Positions 1 through 14,043 of a DNA stretch of 59,957 nt are shown here, in pieces. This stretch comes from Acidobacteriaceae bacterium (GTDB lineage Bacteria; Acidobacteriota; Terriglobia; Bryobacterales; Bryobacteraceae). A program made the position numbers and the translations under genes. Where the stretch lies: NCBI GenBank assembly GCA_019243205.1, contig JAFAUR010000176.1:1-59957 (forward strand), given 5' to 3'. Position 1 is the stretch's first letter, and each line of letters opens with the position of its first letter. The notes under the pieces are model-generated. The model did not search any database. It was not told the DNA's origin and saw nothing but the letters and a program-made list of their open reading frames with translations.

Positions 1-1136
1 CGTGCCCGTTTACGCTGGTACGGGATTGGGGCCGAAAGTTCCTACCGGCGGCGACGCGATGGCCGCGCGCATTGCGAAACAAGTGGCTGGCCGCGGCGCT
101 GTTTATCACCTTTTTGTGGGCGTATGAAGCGTTCAGCCTGTGGGACAGCCCGGCCGCAACGGCGTGGATTATCTTGGGTTACTTCGCGGCGGCTTTAGTG
201 GTTGATGGATTATTTCGGGGCGCCAGCTTCTGTAAGTACGTTTGTCCGATCGGCCAATTTCATTTTGTGGCGTCGCTGATCTCACCGAAGGAAGTGGGGG
301 TCCGCAAGCAGGCAACATGCGAGTCATGCAAGACGCACGATTGCATTCGCGGGAACGAGGATGCGCGAGGCTGCGAACTTTATTTGTTCCAGCCGAAGAA
401 GGCTGGAAATCTGGATTGCACTTTTTGCCTGGATTGCGTCAAGGCGTGCCCGCATGACAATGTCACGTTGGTGAGTATCGCCCCGGCGAGCACTATCTCA
501 ATCGATCCGTATCGATCATCCGTGGGCAGGATGTCGAAGCGGACGGATCTGACCGTGATGGCTCTGCTGGTAGTGTTTGGCGCGTTCGTGAGCGCGGCAG
601 GCATGGTGAGTCCGGTGATGACCTGGGAGCACGGATGGCATGCGCGACTGGGCGCGAACGCCATGCCGCTGGTGGTCGGCATCTTTACCTTGCTCGGACT
701 GATATTCGTCCCGGCTCTGGCAATTAGCGCGTGCGCGGCTGCGAATCGGTTGTTCGGTCAGGGCTGGAATGTGGCGCGAAGATTCGTGCTTGCGCTGGTA
801 CCGATTGGCATTGGTATGTGGGCGGCACACATGGCCTACCACTTTGGAACCGGGTGGGACGCAGCGTGGCCCACGATAGAGCGGGCGATTGGCGTCGGAA
901 CCACCGCCGCGCCACCGACGGTGCTGTCCTGGCTTTCGGGCGCCCAATTGATCTTGCTCGATGGCGGTCTTCTGCTCACCCTCTACGTCGCGTGGCGGAT
1001 CGCGAAGCAGTCTTCGTCGCGCCTGCGCTCGACTGTGGCGATTGCCATGCCCTGGATTATACTTTCGTTTTTACTGTATGGCGCGGGTGTCTGGATTCTA
1101 CTGCAGCCGATGCAGATGCGCGGGATGGTGCATTGA
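1..1136 (+). CDS. 4Fe-4S ferredoxin-type integral membrane protein (FixG/NapH-like); 5' end probably outside window
   Basis: The frame of ORF 72..1136 stays open back to the window edge. Cys motifs FCKYVCPIG, CESCKTHDC and CTFCLDCVKACPHD are followed by several hydrophobic helices. Confidence 0.7.
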   Translation, partial: CPFTLVRDWGRKFLPAATRWPRALRNKWLAAALFITFLWAYEAFSLWDSPAATAWIILGYFAAALVVDGLFRGASFCKYVCPIGQFHFVASLISPKEVGVRKQATCESCKTHDCIRGNEDARGCELYLFQPKKAGNLDCTFCLDCVKACPHDNVTLVSIAPASTISIDPYRSSVGRMSKRTDLTVMALLVVFGAFVSAAGMVSPVMTWEHGWHARLGANAMPLVVGIFTLLGLIFVPALAISACAAANRLFGQGWNVARRFVLALVPIGIGMWAAHMAYHFGTGWDAAWPTIERAIGVGTTAAPPTVLSWLSGAQLILLDGGLLLTLYVAWRIAKQSSSRLRSTVAIAMPWIILSFLLYGAGVWILLQPMQMRGMVH

Positions 1137-1660
1137 GGCTGGCAGCGCTGTTCCTCTCGCTTGGCGTAGTGAGCGCGTTTGCGGATGGCGGTGCCGTGCT
1201 GCTTACGAAGCAGGCCGGACCGTATCTGGTGACCCTGTTCGGGTCTCCTTCGCCACTGCGGGCGGGACGAGCGGATTTAAGCGTTCTGGTTCAGAACGCG
1301 ACGGACAAAACAAACGTGCTTGACGCGAAAGTCGCTGTTCACCTGACCAGAAGACAGACAGATACGAACAGCATTGTTGCGGTTACGCTTCCGGCGACGC
1401 ACGAGGCGGCTACGAACAAAATGCTTTACGCGGCATCATTGAATGTACCTTCAGCGGGCGACTGGCAGGTGCGTGCCGATATCAAAGCACGCGCGGGCGA
1501 AGCATCAGTAGGCGCCGCGATTCGGGTACTGCCGCCGGAACCGCCGATCGTCACATACTGGCCGTATTTTCTGGTAATACCGGTAGTTGTATTTCTCTTT
1601 GCGTTGAACCAACGGTTGAAGCGGGCACGGAGCGCTGTTCGCCGCCGAGGACCTGCATAG
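1133..1660 (+). CDS. FixH/YtkA-like small exported protein with C-terminal membrane anchor
   Basis: Only the 3' part of ORF 731..1660 lies outside the upstream gene. TTG at 1133 gives a signal-like MRLAALFLSLGVVSAFA, and there is a C-terminal TM segment YWPYFLVIPVVVFLFAL. It sits directly after the FixG-like gene. Confidence 0.5.
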   Translation: MRLAALFLSLGVVSAFADGGAVLLTKQAGPYLVTLFGSPSPLRAGRADLSVLVQNATDKTNVLDAKVAVHLTRRQTDTNSIVAVTLPATHEAATNKMLYAASLNVPSAGDWQVRADIKARAGEASVGAAIRVLPPEPPIVTYWPYFLVIPVVVFLFALNQRLKRARSAVRRRGPA

Positions 1661-3248
1661 CTGCGTTGCGGCCATTGATAGCAATAACGCTCCCGCCGGG
1701 GTGAGTGCAGGCACCGCAGAGATACACTCCCGGCATGGGCGTGCGGCTGCGCAGCCGATTGCTCCACATATATGCAGGCAGGCATTCGCCCTGAAAAATA
1801 TGGCCGCCGGTGAGGCCAACGTTTTTCTCGATGTCAGGTGGGCCGAGCGCTTCCGCTTTAATTACCGCATCGGGGATGTTGGTGCAGAAACGGGCGAGCG
1901 CGTCGAGGGCGAGCGTCTTCGCCGATTCGCGATGCTCGTTCCAGGTTCCTTCGGCAAAGTGGTACGGAACGTATTGTGAGAACACGGACATCGTGTGCGT
2001 GCCTGAAGGCGCGACCGTCGGATCGTGAACGCTTTGGAAGTAGATTTCCGTCCAGAGACGTTCAGGCAGACGACACGCGCGAGCTGCGGCATAGCCGTTC
2101 TTCCACTCGGCTTTCGCAAGAGGCGTGTTGATTTGGCCGAAATGATGGGGCTCGCACGTCCCCGGACGTGTGTGGAAATTGGGCAGCTCACGAAGCCAGA
2201 CGTTGAGCTTTAGCGTGCAGCCTTCGATGGGGACGGACTCGACTTGCTCGCGCCACGTTTTGTCGACAGCATTGCCGAGCAGTCGCAACGTGGAGCGTGG
2301 ATCGGCATTAGACACGACGATGGGTGCGGCGATGCGCTCTCCGCTTTCAAGCAGGACACCTTCGCCGGGCAAAATTTGCGAGACGCTGACGCCGCATGCA
2401 AGCTCTGCGCCCGCCTGCTGGGCCGCATCGGCGATGAGAAACGATACCATGCCCATTCCGCCCGCGACATAGCCCCAGGATCCCGGCAGTCCGCCGAGAC
2501 GACCGGACGAGTGGTGGAAACGAATGGACGCGGTACCTGGATCGAAGGGACTCGCATTCGTGCCGATGACGCCCTGGCCGAGATAAGCGATCTGGAGGCG
2601 TTCGTCGGATAGGTAATGTTCGACGAACTCGGCCATCGACCAGTTGAAAAGCACTTTGTGCGCTTCGGAGTCGTTGCCAAGCCGATGCTCGAGTTGTTCC
2701 ACCGACGGCGGTTCGCCGATCCAGAGGTCGTGCTCATTCGGCGGGCGGAGGGCATCCCGTAACCGGCGGATCACATCGGACATGGCGCGCCAGCCTTCTA
2801 TGTCTTGTGGGGCGAAGCGCCGGAGTTCGGCTCCGCATTGCTCGTCGTCATCGTAGAGCTGAATGCTGGAGCTGTCTTCGAACGGAACGAACAGACCGTT
2901 CGAGGCAGGAGTCCAGGAGAAACCGCGAGAGGGGAGATCGAGTTCTTCGATAACAAGCGGATGAAGCAGGCCGGCAAGATAGGCGCAGGGAGACAAACGA
3001 ACGCCGGGCCACGGTTCTTCGATGGTACAAGCGCCGCCGATGCGGTCGCGCGATTCGAGGACGAGCACGCGTTTGCCGGCCCGCGCCAGATATGCCGCGC
3101 AAGTGAGGCCGTTGTGACCCGCACCGACAATCAGCACGTCCCAAGAACGCGCGGCGAGTTCCCGTATGGGAGCGGGGAGTCCGACCTGGCCCAGAGTGGA
3201 GAGCGCTGAACGTGCCATGAATCGGAAGAGAGAGCGAGGTGCGAGCAC
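1551..3248 (-). CDS. FAD-dependent oxidoreductase, phytoene desaturase (CrtI-like) family
   Basis: N-terminal dinucleotide-binding motif DVLIVGAGHNGLTCAAYLARAGKRVLVLE. The 565-aa length is typical of the family. An alternative start is the Met at 3218. Confidence 0.85.
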   Translation of the reverse strand: MLAPRSLFRFMARSALSTLGQVGLPAPIRELAARSWDVLIVGAGHNGLTCAAYLARAGKRVLVLESRDRIGGACTIEEPWPGVRLSPCAYLAGLLHPLVIEELDLPSRGFSWTPASNGLFVPFEDSSSIQLYDDDEQCGAELRRFAPQDIEGWRAMSDVIRRLRDALRPPNEHDLWIGEPPSVEQLEHRLGNDSEAHKVLFNWSMAEFVEHYLSDERLQIAYLGQGVIGTNASPFDPGTASIRFHHSSGRLGGLPGSWGYVAGGMGMVSFLIADAAQQAGAELACGVSVSQILPGEGVLLESGERIAAPIVVSNADPRSTLRLLGNAVDKTWREQVESVPIEGCTLKLNVWLRELPNFHTRPGTCEPHHFGQINTPLAKAEWKNGYAAARACRLPERLWTEIYFQSVHDPTVAPSGTHTMSVFSQYVPYHFAEGTWNEHRESAKTLALDALARFCTNIPDAVIKAEALGPPDIEKNVGLTGGHIFQGECLPAYMWSNRLRSRTPMPGVYLCGACTHPGGSVIAINGRNAAMQVLGGEQRSVPASTVGSTQREIQLPVLPENTASM

Positions 3249-3273
3249 GTGCCCGCACCTCTGTGGTCAAACG

Positions 3274-6012
<2,739 letters not shown>

Positions 6013-6071
6013 TCCGGTTTTGTGTCTCCTGCTTTGTTGGACATGTTTCAGGTCTTCAGGGGGAAAAGCGC

Positions 6072-8099
6072 TCACGCAATTGTGCCTTGCGTGACGATTT
6101 CAGAAAAATCAGCGATCGTGGAGAACTCGGTCAGCAAGCTGTGAAGCAAGGCCAGGCGGTTCTTCCGGATTTCGAGATCTGGATCGTTCACTAGGATTTT
6201 ATCGAAAAAGAGATCGACCATCGGCCGGAGAGAGGCGATGGCGACGAGTTTCTCGCGGTAGGAAGCGGAGTGGTTTGCTTCCTGGCGGACGCGAAGGAAG
6301 TCGTTGTAGAGGTCGAGTTCAGGGCCGGCGGTCAGACGTGCGGGGTCGGGAGGAGCGGATCCCACAAGTGACGTATTCAGCAGATCGCTTCCAAAATCGA
6401 ACCTTGAGGACTCCGCTTGACGGAGAATGTTCTTGATGCGCTTGAAACTGGCTGCGAGCGGTTCGAAGTCTTCGGTCGGGCGTATGTAATGGATCGCGTC
6501 CACCCGATCGGCCACATTCGCCAGCGTGCTGACAGGCGCGGCGAGAACCGCCTTGACTTCGTCGTAGGCGAAATTCAGGATTTCGCGGAGGTAAAAGTCG
6601 ATACGCTCGAGCAGGAAAGGTTCAAGTTCGGCGATGCCCTCGACGAATTTCATGATTGCGAAGGGCAGACGCGCTTCGAAGAGAATTTTCACGATGCCTT
6701 GGGCGGCCCGCCGCAACGCAAAAGGATCCTTCGAGCCGGTTGGTAGGAGCCCGATGCGGAAGCATTCACGAAGCGTGTCGAGTTTGTCGGCGATGGAGAC
6801 GATCTGGCCTTCGAGCGTACGCGGGATGGAGTCTTCCATGCTGACCGGCTTGTACTGGTCGTAGATGGCCGTGGCAACGGCTTCGGTCTCGCCTTGCGCT
6901 TTGGCGTAAAGCCCGCCGACAACGCCCTGGAGCTCGGTGAACTCCTTGACCATGTCGGTGGTGAGATCGGTTTTGAGTAACAGGGCGGCGCGGTCGACAA
7001 CTGGAAGATTCGCGCCTAATTCGGCCGCGATCTCGCTTGAAAGCTTGCGAACGCGCTCGGTTTTATCGGCGTAGGTGCCGAGTTTGGCTTGGAATGTGAC
7101 GTTCGCCAACTCCGGAACGCGGTTTGCGAGTTTTTTCTTCTGATCAACCTGCCAAAAGAAGCGCGCGTCATTGAAGCGGGCGCGAACAACACGCTCGTTG
7201 CCCTGGCGGATGAGGCCGTCCGGATCGCCGTTTGTATTCGTAATGGCGAGGAACTCGGGGGCGAGACAGCCGTCCGGCTTGTGAACCGAGAAGTAGCGCT
7301 GGTGGTGGCGCATGACGGTCGACAGAATTTCTTGGGGCAACTCAAGATAGGCGGAATCGAACGAGCCGCGAACCGGGGTAGGGAACTCGGTCATGTATAC
7401 GAGCGTGCGGATAAGGTCGTAATCCGGTTCGACTCCGTTGACGAAGCCTGATTCGATGCGCGTTTTCCGCTCCGATTCGTCGACAATGACGAAGTTTTCA
7501 CGCAGAACCTGTTTATAGGTGTCCGTGCTTACCTGGAGCGGGTTCGGGGACCCGAGGATACGATGGCCGCGAGTTTCGTTACCGCTTTTCACGCCGGCTA
7601 TTTCGAAGGGCACGACGCCGCTATCAAGCAGCGCGACAATCCAGCGAATGGGGCGGATAAAACGCAGGCCGCCTTTGCCGGTCCAATACATCGCTTTGGG
7701 GAAACGGATGCCGGCAATCAGTTCCGGGAGCTTCGTCCCGAGGGCCTCGGCCGCGGTTTGTCCCTTGACGTGTTGCCTGGAGACGTAGCGGTCCCCTTTG
7801 GCGTCAGTGATTTTTTCGAGTTCATCGACCGAAACCGCGTTCTTACGCGCAAAGCCTTCGGCGGCCTTGGAGCCGGCCGAGAGATAGGGGCCCTGCACCA
7901 GCGTTTGCGCATCCGGCGCCTGCGGCAGAATGTTTTCGGCAACTAATACAAGACGGCGCGGTGTTCCGTACGTTTGGAGCGCATCGCCGCCGAAAGCGCC
8001 GAATTCGGATTGGAAACGATCACGGAGATCAGTAAGCGCAGTCTGGATCATCCAGTCGGGGATCTCTTCGGCACCGATTTCCAGAAGAAAATCAGCCAT
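6072..8099 (-). CDS. glyS: glycine--tRNA ligase beta subunit
   Basis: [15 protein letters not shown]-terminus and 675-aa length. The start overlaps the glyQ stop (TGATG). Confidence 0.95.
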   Translation of the reverse strand: MADFLLEIGAEEIPDWMIQTALTDLRDRFQSEFGAFGGDALQTYGTPRRLVLVAENILPQAPDAQTLVQGPYLSAGSKAAEGFARKNAVSVDELEKITDAKGDRYVSRQHVKGQTAAEALGTKLPELIAGIRFPKAMYWTGKGGLRFIRPIRWIVALLDSGVVPFEIAGVKSGNETRGHRILGSPNPLQVSTDTYKQVLRENFVIVDESERKTRIESGFVNGVEPDYDLIRTLVYMTEFPTPVRGSFDSAYLELPQEILSTVMRHHQRYFSVHKPDGCLAPEFLAITNTNGDPDGLIRQGNERVVRARFNDARFFWQVDQKKKLANRVPELANVTFQAKLGTYADKTERVRKLSSEIAAELGANLPVVDRAALLLKTDLTTDMVKEFTELQGVVGGLYAKAQGETEAVATAIYDQYKPVSMEDSIPRTLEGQIVSIADKLDTLRECFRIGLLPTGSKDPFALRRAAQGIVKILFEARLPFAIMKFVEGIAELEPFLLERIDFYLREILNFAYDEVKAVLAAPVSTLANVADRVDAIHYIRPTEDFEPLAASFKRIKNILRQAESSRFDFGSDLLNTSLVGSAPPDPARLTAGPELDLYNDFLRVRQEANHSASYREKLVAIASLRPMVDLFFDKILVNDPDLEIRKNRLALLHSLLTEFSTIADFSEIVTQGTIA

Positions 8100-8989
8100 C
8101 AGGCGGCTTCCTCTTTAGGCGGATTTTGCTGCCGCACCCATGCTTCGGCCACGCTCACAGCCAGCTTGCGGACGCGCGCGATAATTCCTACGCGCTCGGT
8201 GACACTGATGGCGCCCCGCGCGTCCAGGATGTTGAACAGGTGTGAACATTTCAGGGCCTGTTCATAAGCAGGGAGAACCGGACTGAATTTGTTGTCAACC
8301 GTTTTGAGCGCGGCTAGCAATTGCTGGCATTCACGTTCATGCAGATCGAACTCTTGCCAGAGGAGCGCGATGTCGGCCATCTCAAAGTTATAAGTCGAGA
8401 ATTGCTGCTCGTCGGCTAAGCGGACATCGGCATAAGTAAACCCGGGCGCCCACTGAATGTCGTAGATGCTGTCCACATTTTGTAGAAACGCGACGATGCG
8501 CTCGAGTCCATAGGTAATCTCGGCGGGAACGAGATCGAGATCGATCCCGCCGCATTGCTGGAAGTACGTGAACTGCGTGATCTCCAGCCCGTCGAGCATC
8601 ACCTGCCAGCCGATTCCCCAAGCGCCGAGGGTGGGCGCTTCCCAGTTATCTTCTTCGAACTTGATGTCATGTTTGCGAAGGTCGATGCCGATCGCTTCCA
8701 GGCTGCCGAGGTACTGATCGAGAACATCATCGGGCGTGGGTTTGAGAATGACCTGCAGCTGCTGGTGCTTGTAGAGGCGGTTGGGATTTTCGCCGTAACG
8801 GCCATCCGCAGGACGCCGGCTGGGCTGCACGTAAGCCACTTTGTACGGCTTGGGCCCGAGTACGCGAAGGAATGTTTCGGGCGACATGGTTCCGGCCCCG
8901 ACTTCCAGGTCATAGGGCTCCTGGATGATGGTGCCGCGGTCGGCCCAGTAGCGCTTCAACTTAAAGATCGTGTCCTGAAAGTAATCCAT
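8099..8989 (-). CDS. glyQ: glycine--tRNA ligase alpha subunit
   Basis: [46 protein letters not shown] is a highly conserved GlyQ sequence. The ORF extends to 9046, but the conserved N-terminus begins at the Met at 8989. Confidence 0.95.
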   Translation of the reverse strand: MDYFQDTIFKLKRYWADRGTIIQEPYDLEVGAGTMSPETFLRVLGPKPYKVAYVQPSRRPADGRYGENPNRLYKHQQLQVILKPTPDDVLDQYLGSLEAIGIDLRKHDIKFEEDNWEAPTLGAWGIGWQVMLDGLEITQFTYFQQCGGIDLDLVPAEITYGLERIVAFLQNVDSIYDIQWAPGFTYADVRLADEQQFSTYNFEMADIALLWQEFDLHERECQQLLAALKTVDNKFSPVLPAYEQALKCSHLFNILDARGAISVTERVGIIARVRKLAVSVAEAWVRQQNPPKEEAA

Positions 8990-9002
8990 CGTGTGTTGGC
9001 AT

Positions 9003-9662
9003 TCAGAGGCCTTCGAGCAAGGCAGGCGTGTGGAAGCGTCGCTCAACGTGGTCCTCCATCTGGCGAATGAGGAAGCGTCGCAGGTCGATGGCAGTGTCCT
9101 TATTCCAGGTGCGCACGGGTAGCTGTGAGATGGGGGCGCGCAACATATGGGAAGCGAGTTGCCGGGATTCCTGGGAAAGTGCGCGATCGGGGCAGGTTGA
9201 GAGATCGGGCAGAAAGCCTTGCAGCCGAGTGGCCCAGAGCGAGAAGTACGCGACCGCGGTCCAGACGGCGCCGGGCGCGCGCGTGTGCATATGAGCGAGC
9301 ACGGCGTTTATCAATCGAAAGAACCGTTCGTTCGGTTCGTTAGGCGGGAGCAAATGATCGCTGACTTCGGCGACGTAATCGAGCGCAACGCTTGCATCAA
9401 AGTCGGTAAGGAGACCGAACTGCGATTGGAGAAGGTCACAACCATTCAGGTTGACGAGTTCGCGGGTTTCTTTCTGGCCGTACGAGAGGTTGATCAACGA
9501 TAAACGTTCCAGTCCTGAACCGAAGGTGTTTTTCGGCTTCCGGGCGCGCCGGGCAACGCCGCGTAGTTTGCCTTGATCTCTGGTGAAGAAACTGACAATC
9601 AAATCCGATTCGCGGAACGGATAGGTCCGAAGAACGAAACTTTCACTCACCCGAGCCGGCAT
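9003..9662 (-). CDS. recO: DNA repair protein RecO
   Basis: N-terminal OB-fold signature [33 protein letters not shown], 219 aa, immediately upstream of glyQS. Confidence 0.9.
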   Translation of the reverse strand: MPARVSESFVLRTYPFRESDLIVSFFTRDQGKLRGVARRARKPKNTFGSGLERLSLINLSYGQKETRELVNLNGCDLLQSQFGLLTDFDASVALDYVAEVSDHLLPPNEPNERFFRLINAVLAHMHTRAPGAVWTAVAYFSLWATRLQGFLPDLSTCPDRALSQESRQLASHMLRAPISQLPVRTWNKDTAIDLRRFLIRQMEDHVERRFHTPALLEGL

Positions 9663-9761
9663 AACTCACACCTGTGCGTATCGCGGCCGGTGCCAAGATT
9701 TGCAGCCGGTAGAACCCATAGGGTAGCAAAGTGCAAAAATTCGTTGTGAAAAAATGAACGA

Positions 9762-10982
9762 TTGCGCCTCGTACTTGTCGCAGTTCTGACCGGCGTGCTT
9801 GCCCCCGCCTGCTTCTCGCAGACTACGGAGAGCCATTCGCCGCAGATTCTGCTAACGGCGCAGCGTCTGCGTCGACTCAAGCGGGACCGTCAACGGCAGA
9901 CGGAGCGCTGGGTCAATTTCGAAAACCGGGTGTCGTCGACGCCGGACTCTCCGGAACGTGGTTTCGAACTGGCGCTTTATCATGCGATCACAAACGATGA
10001 GTCCCGAGGCCGTGAAGCGATCGCCTGGGCCAAGGACCATAGCTGTGATCGACGGCAAGCGGCTCTTGTACTCGACTGGACTTCGGACCTGATTTCCGAC
10101 GAGGACCGTCGAGTGCTGGCCGGACAGGAGTGCGCTCCTGTAAAAGAAAAGAGTGCGCGATCCTTTCGCGATGCGCTGTTCATGCGAATCGCATCCGACC
10201 AGAGCACCAAAGATTTGATATCAGAGTCGCAAAACTCCATGGCTTCCTGGCTCGGCCCCGACGCCCTCATCGATGCTGCAGAATTCTACGCAATGTGCGA
10301 ATTCTTAGGCGTCGTGAAATCGACCGAGCGGATCGATTTGCGGGAAGAAGCGCACACGTTATTTAGCGCACTGCCGCAGGAATTCCTTTTACGGCTGAAA
10401 CCTCAGCAACAGGAACATCCTGAGTGGAGGATCCATGCGGCAGCTCTGGCCTTGGTAGATCTCGACCCAAATCTGGAAGGATCCCAGTATCTGCAGGCCT
10501 GGGCGCTGGAAGACCAGCAGATGGTGCGCGAGGGTCCCGGAGTAGCGTATGAGTTGCTGTGGGCAGATCCATATCTGCCTGGAGTCAGTTATCAGAATAT
10601 GGACCCGTGGGTGTACCAACCAGGGCGAGCGCTGCTGGCAAGAGCTGACTGGAGCCCAGGCAGCTGTTGGATCGATCTATCGATGGACGGGGTAAAACAG
10701 GACAACTGCCCGCCGGACTGGCAGAAGAAAGCGGTGTGGTTTGGACACTTAAACCTGATACCGATGAACGCGCCGTGCATAACTGTCTCGGCGCGGAAGC
10801 CCAATACGGCTGTGATTTTGTGGAAGCTGCGGCCGCACCAGGCCTTGCTTTATGAGAACGTCAGCGAGCCCAATCTAGCTCCCTCCGAAGCCGACGAGCT
10901 GGGTCTCTGGCGCGTGCCGAGTAACGTCGAAGGCAAGGTGTGCCTGAAGCGTGAAGGTCCTGCCAAACAAGCCCGGCGCTAG
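9762..10982 (+). CDS. hypothetical exported protein
   Basis: 406-aa ORF with a signal-like N-terminus MRLVLVAVLTGVLAPACFSQ. I did not recognise a family. Confidence 0.6.
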   Translation: MRLVLVAVLTGVLAPACFSQTTESHSPQILLTAQRLRRLKRDRQRQTERWVNFENRVSSTPDSPERGFELALYHAITNDESRGREAIAWAKDHSCDRRQAALVLDWTSDLISDEDRRVLAGQECAPVKEKSARSFRDALFMRIASDQSTKDLISESQNSMASWLGPDALIDAAEFYAMCEFLGVVKSTERIDLREEAHTLFSALPQEFLLRLKPQQQEHPEWRIHAAALALVDLDPNLEGSQYLQAWALEDQQMVREGPGVAYELLWADPYLPGVSYQNMDPWVYQPGRALLARADWSPGSCWIDLSMDGVKQDNCPPDWQKKAVWFGHLNLIPMNAPCITVSARKPNTAVILWKLRPHQALLYENVSEPNLAPSEADELGLWRVPSNVEGKVCLKREGPAKQARR

Positions 10983-11021
10983 ACGGGGCGGCCTTGGAGT
11001 GCCTGATAAAATTGGACTTTC

Positions 11022-11579
11022 ATGATTGCAGCGACACAATTGCGGCCCGGCATGGTGGTGAAATTCAACAACGAGTTGCACTCGGTGTTCAGCATGGTGC
11101 ATCGGACTCCGGGCAATCTGCGCGGGTTTGTGCAAGCGAAGATGCGGAACCTGCGCTCGGGTTCGATGATCGAACACCGGTTCTCCTCCGAAGATAAGGT
11201 CGAGAGAATTGCTCTTGATGAGCATGAAATGGAATACCTGTATGACGACGGCGAGTACTACTATTTCATGAACACCGAGAACTATGAGCAGATGCACCTG
11301 ACGAAAGACATGCTCGGCGATGGAGTGCTCTATCTGACGCCCCAGTTACGTGTGAATGTTGAGTTCTACGAGGGCAAGCCGATCAGCGTGGAACTGCCGC
11401 CGAGTGTCGAGATGACGGTGATGGAAACCGAACCGGGTTTGAAAGGTGCGACCGTTTCGAACGTAACTAAGCCCGCCAAGATGGAAACCGGGCTCGTCGT
11501 GCAGGTGCCGCCATTCATCAATCAGGGCGAGCGGATTCGGATCAGCACGTCCGAAGGAACCTACCAGGAACGCGCTTAA
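11022..11579 (+). CDS. efp: elongation factor P
   Basis: 185 aa. [53 protein letters not shown] matches the EF-P domain I/II pattern. Confidence 0.95.
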   Translation: MIAATQLRPGMVVKFNNELHSVFSMVHRTPGNLRGFVQAKMRNLRSGSMIEHRFSSEDKVERIALDEHEMEYLYDDGEYYYFMNTENYEQMHLTKDMLGDGVLYLTPQLRVNVEFYEGKPISVELPPSVEMTVMETEPGLKGATVSNVTKPAKMETGLVVQVPPFINQGERIRISTSEGTYQERA

Positions 11580-11745
11580 GTAAACCGTTTGGTCCGGTAG
11601 ACTGAACGAATCGCCTGCATCGAAATAGGTCGAATGCGGGTGCGCAGTGAACTGCCCGTTCCGCCCTCAATCAACGCTTTAGTTGAGACCGCAGTGCTTG
11701 CGAGTAGTTTGTGTCGCAATGGCGGATATTGCGGCACAATGAATC

Positions 11746-12174
11746 ATGTTTCCCCATTGCGAGGGCGCGGATTCCCGTCATAGCTTTTTCGGACTCAAGC
11801 GAATTCTGTTCGCGATTGCCTTGGCTTTATCCGCGAACACGTTCACCCGCGCGGCCGATCTCACAATTCACCTGCAGGGTGACGCACCGGTGTCTCGCAA
11901 GAACGTCACTTATCAGTGCGACGCGGCGGCGCAACATGTTGGTCTTCCAACGCGACCCTTCACGGTCGAGTACATCAACGGCGGAGGGAACAGCCTGGTA
12001 ACGGTTCCCGTTTCGGGCGAGACTCTGGTGTTTGCGAACGTGATATCAGGTTCTGGAGCACGGTATGTTTCCAAGCAATACACGTGGTGGGAAGCGAAGG
12101 GCTCCGTGACGTTCTATTCAGACGCGCTTTCCGGAAAGCTCCAATCGGAGTGCAAGGTGCTCGAATCCAAATGA
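11746..12174 (+). CDS. MliC-family (membrane-bound lysozyme inhibitor of C-type lysozyme-like) exported protein
   Basis: Signal peptide followed by YQCD..VEYINGGGNSLVTVPVSGETLVFANVISGSGARYVS..YTWWEAKG, the typical MliC beta-barrel pattern with a conserved Cys pair. Confidence 0.7.
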   Translation: MFPHCEGADSRHSFFGLKRILFAIALALSANTFTRAADLTIHLQGDAPVSRKNVTYQCDAAAQHVGLPTRPFTVEYINGGGNSLVTVPVSGETLVFANVISGSGARYVSKQYTWWEAKGSVTFYSDALSGKLQSECKVLESK

Positions 12175-12187
12175 GGGGAATGAATCC

Positions 12188-14017
12188 TTACAGCCGGCAA
12201 ATCAACAGTTCGCGTTCGTAAATCATCTCCGGCGGGAGGTGATCATGAAGGTCGATGAAAAGTTCTTCGTGGCCGATCACTTCCGATCGCCAGGCAGCGT
12301 GGTCGAATGCCTGCAAAGTGACAAAATCCTCGCGCGAGAAATCGAGTCCGTTCCAATCGATATCCTCGTAGCGAGGCATCCAGCCGATGGGTGTCTCTTT
12401 CGCCGCGCTGCGGCTGCGCGCGCGTTCGGCGATCCATTTCAGCACCCGCATGTTCTGGCCGAAACCGGGCCAGATAAAATTTCCGGCCTCATCCTTGCGG
12501 AACCAGTTTACGTGAAAAATGCGAGGCGTCACGCTCAGCGAGCGCTGCATGGTTAACCAATGGCGAAAGTAGTCGCCCATGTGATAGCCGCAGAAAGGCA
12601 GCATGGCCATGGGATCACGCCGCACCCGACCGAGTGCGCCGGTGGCGGCGGCCGTAGTTTCCGAGCCCATCGTGGCACCAACGTAAACACCCGCGCTCCA
12701 GTTAAATGCCTGGTACACCAGCGGGATGGTAGCTGCGCGACGGCCGCCAAAGATGAAAGCGCTTATCGGGAAGCCATTCGGATTTTCCCAATCGGGATCG
12801 ATGGATGGACACTGGGATGCGGGCGCAGTGAAGCGTGAGTTCGGATGGGCGGCCTTCTTGCCGGTTTTCCGCCCGATCTCGGGAGTCCACACATTGCCCT
12901 GCCAATCGAGGCATTCCGCCGGGGGCTCGGCCGTCAGACCTTCCCACCAGACACCGCGATCCGGGGTCATGGCGACGTTCGTAAAGATCGTGTTCCGCGA
13001 CAAAGTGGCGATCGCGTTCGGATTTGTTTTGGGTGAAGTGCCAGGCGCCACGCCGAAAAAGCCGGCTTCAGGATTGATTGCGCGCAACTCACCGCTTGCG
13101 TCGGGCTTAATCCAGGCGATGTCGTCGCCAACCGTCCAGATTTTCCAACCTTCGAAGCCCGGAGGCGGGATCATCATGGCGAAGTTCGTTTTGCCGCAGG
13201 CGCTGGGGAAAGCGGCGGCAACGTAAGTCTTTTCGCCTGCCGGGTTCTCCACTCCAACGATAAGCATGTGCTCCGCCATCCAGCCTTCGTCACGGGCGAT
13301 ATTGGAGGCGATGCGGAGCGCAAAACACTTCTTCCCGAGCAGCGCGTTCCCACCATAACCCGATCCGTAGGACCAGATCTCACGGGTTTCGGGGAAATGC
13401 ACGATATATTTTTCGCTGTTGCAGGGCCAGGGAACGTCGCGCTGGCCGGGAGCGAGAGGCGCACCCACGCTGTGCATGCACGGGACCACGCGTTTCACAT
13501 CCTTGTCGATCTCGCGAAGGACAGGAAGGCCGATGCGCGCCATGATGCGCATGTTGACGACGACGTATGGCGAATCTGTGAGCTCAACGCCAATCTGCGA
13601 CATCGGCGAGTCGATTGGACCCATGCTAAAAGCGAGCACGTACATGGTGCGCCCGCGCATGCATCCTTTGAACAGCGACTTCAGGGTGCGGCGCATCTCA
13701 AACGGATTTACCCAGTTATTCGTGGGTCCTGCGCTCTCTTTCGAAAGGGAACAGATGAATGTCCGATCTTCTACGCGGGCGACGTCACTCGGGTCGGAGC
13801 GAGCGTAATAGCAGCCTGGCCAGAGGTCCTGATTCAACTTGATGAACGTGCCGCTTTCGACCATTTCGGCGCACAGGGCCTCGTTCTCTTCCTGGGAGCC
13901 GTCAACCCAGTGAATCGCTGCCGGGCGGGTCAGATCGGCCATCTTTTCAACCCAACGGATCAGGTGCTTGTTGGTGCTGAGAGGAATCGCCGAAACGGTG
14001 GACTTAGTTGCGCTCAC
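12188..14017 (-). CDS. pckG: phosphoenolpyruvate carboxykinase (GTP)
   Basis: 609 aa. GTP-PEPCK signatures [26 protein letters not shown] and WFRKD. Confidence 0.95.
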   Translation of the reverse strand: MSATKSTVSAIPLSTNKHLIRWVEKMADLTRPAAIHWVDGSQEENEALCAEMVESGTFIKLNQDLWPGCYYARSDPSDVARVEDRTFICSLSKESAGPTNNWVNPFEMRRTLKSLFKGCMRGRTMYVLAFSMGPIDSPMSQIGVELTDSPYVVVNMRIMARIGLPVLREIDKDVKRVVPCMHSVGAPLAPGQRDVPWPCNSEKYIVHFPETREIWSYGSGYGGNALLGKKCFALRIASNIARDEGWMAEHMLIVGVENPAGEKTYVAAAFPSACGKTNFAMMIPPPGFEGWKIWTVGDDIAWIKPDASGELRAINPEAGFFGVAPGTSPKTNPNAIATLSRNTIFTNVAMTPDRGVWWEGLTAEPPAECLDWQGNVWTPEIGRKTGKKAAHPNSRFTAPASQCPSIDPDWENPNGFPISAFIFGGRRAATIPLVYQAFNWSAGVYVGATMGSETTAAATGALGRVRRDPMAMLPFCGYHMGDYFRHWLTMQRSLSVTPRIFHVNWFRKDEAGNFIWPGFGQNMRVLKWIAERARSRSAAKETPIGWMPRYEDIDWNGLDFSREDFVTLQAFDHAAWRSEVIGHEELFIDLHDHLPPEMIYERELLICRL

Positions 14018-14043
14018 TCCACTACTGTACAGTTTCGTCGTTG

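Noticed and set aside
731-1132. The 5' two-thirds of ORF 731..1660 as coding sequence
   Set aside because: This part lies entirely inside the FixG-like gene in another frame and has an Arg/Gly-rich composition typical of an off-frame GC-rich ORF. Only the non-overlapping 3' part (from TTG 1133) looks like a real protein.
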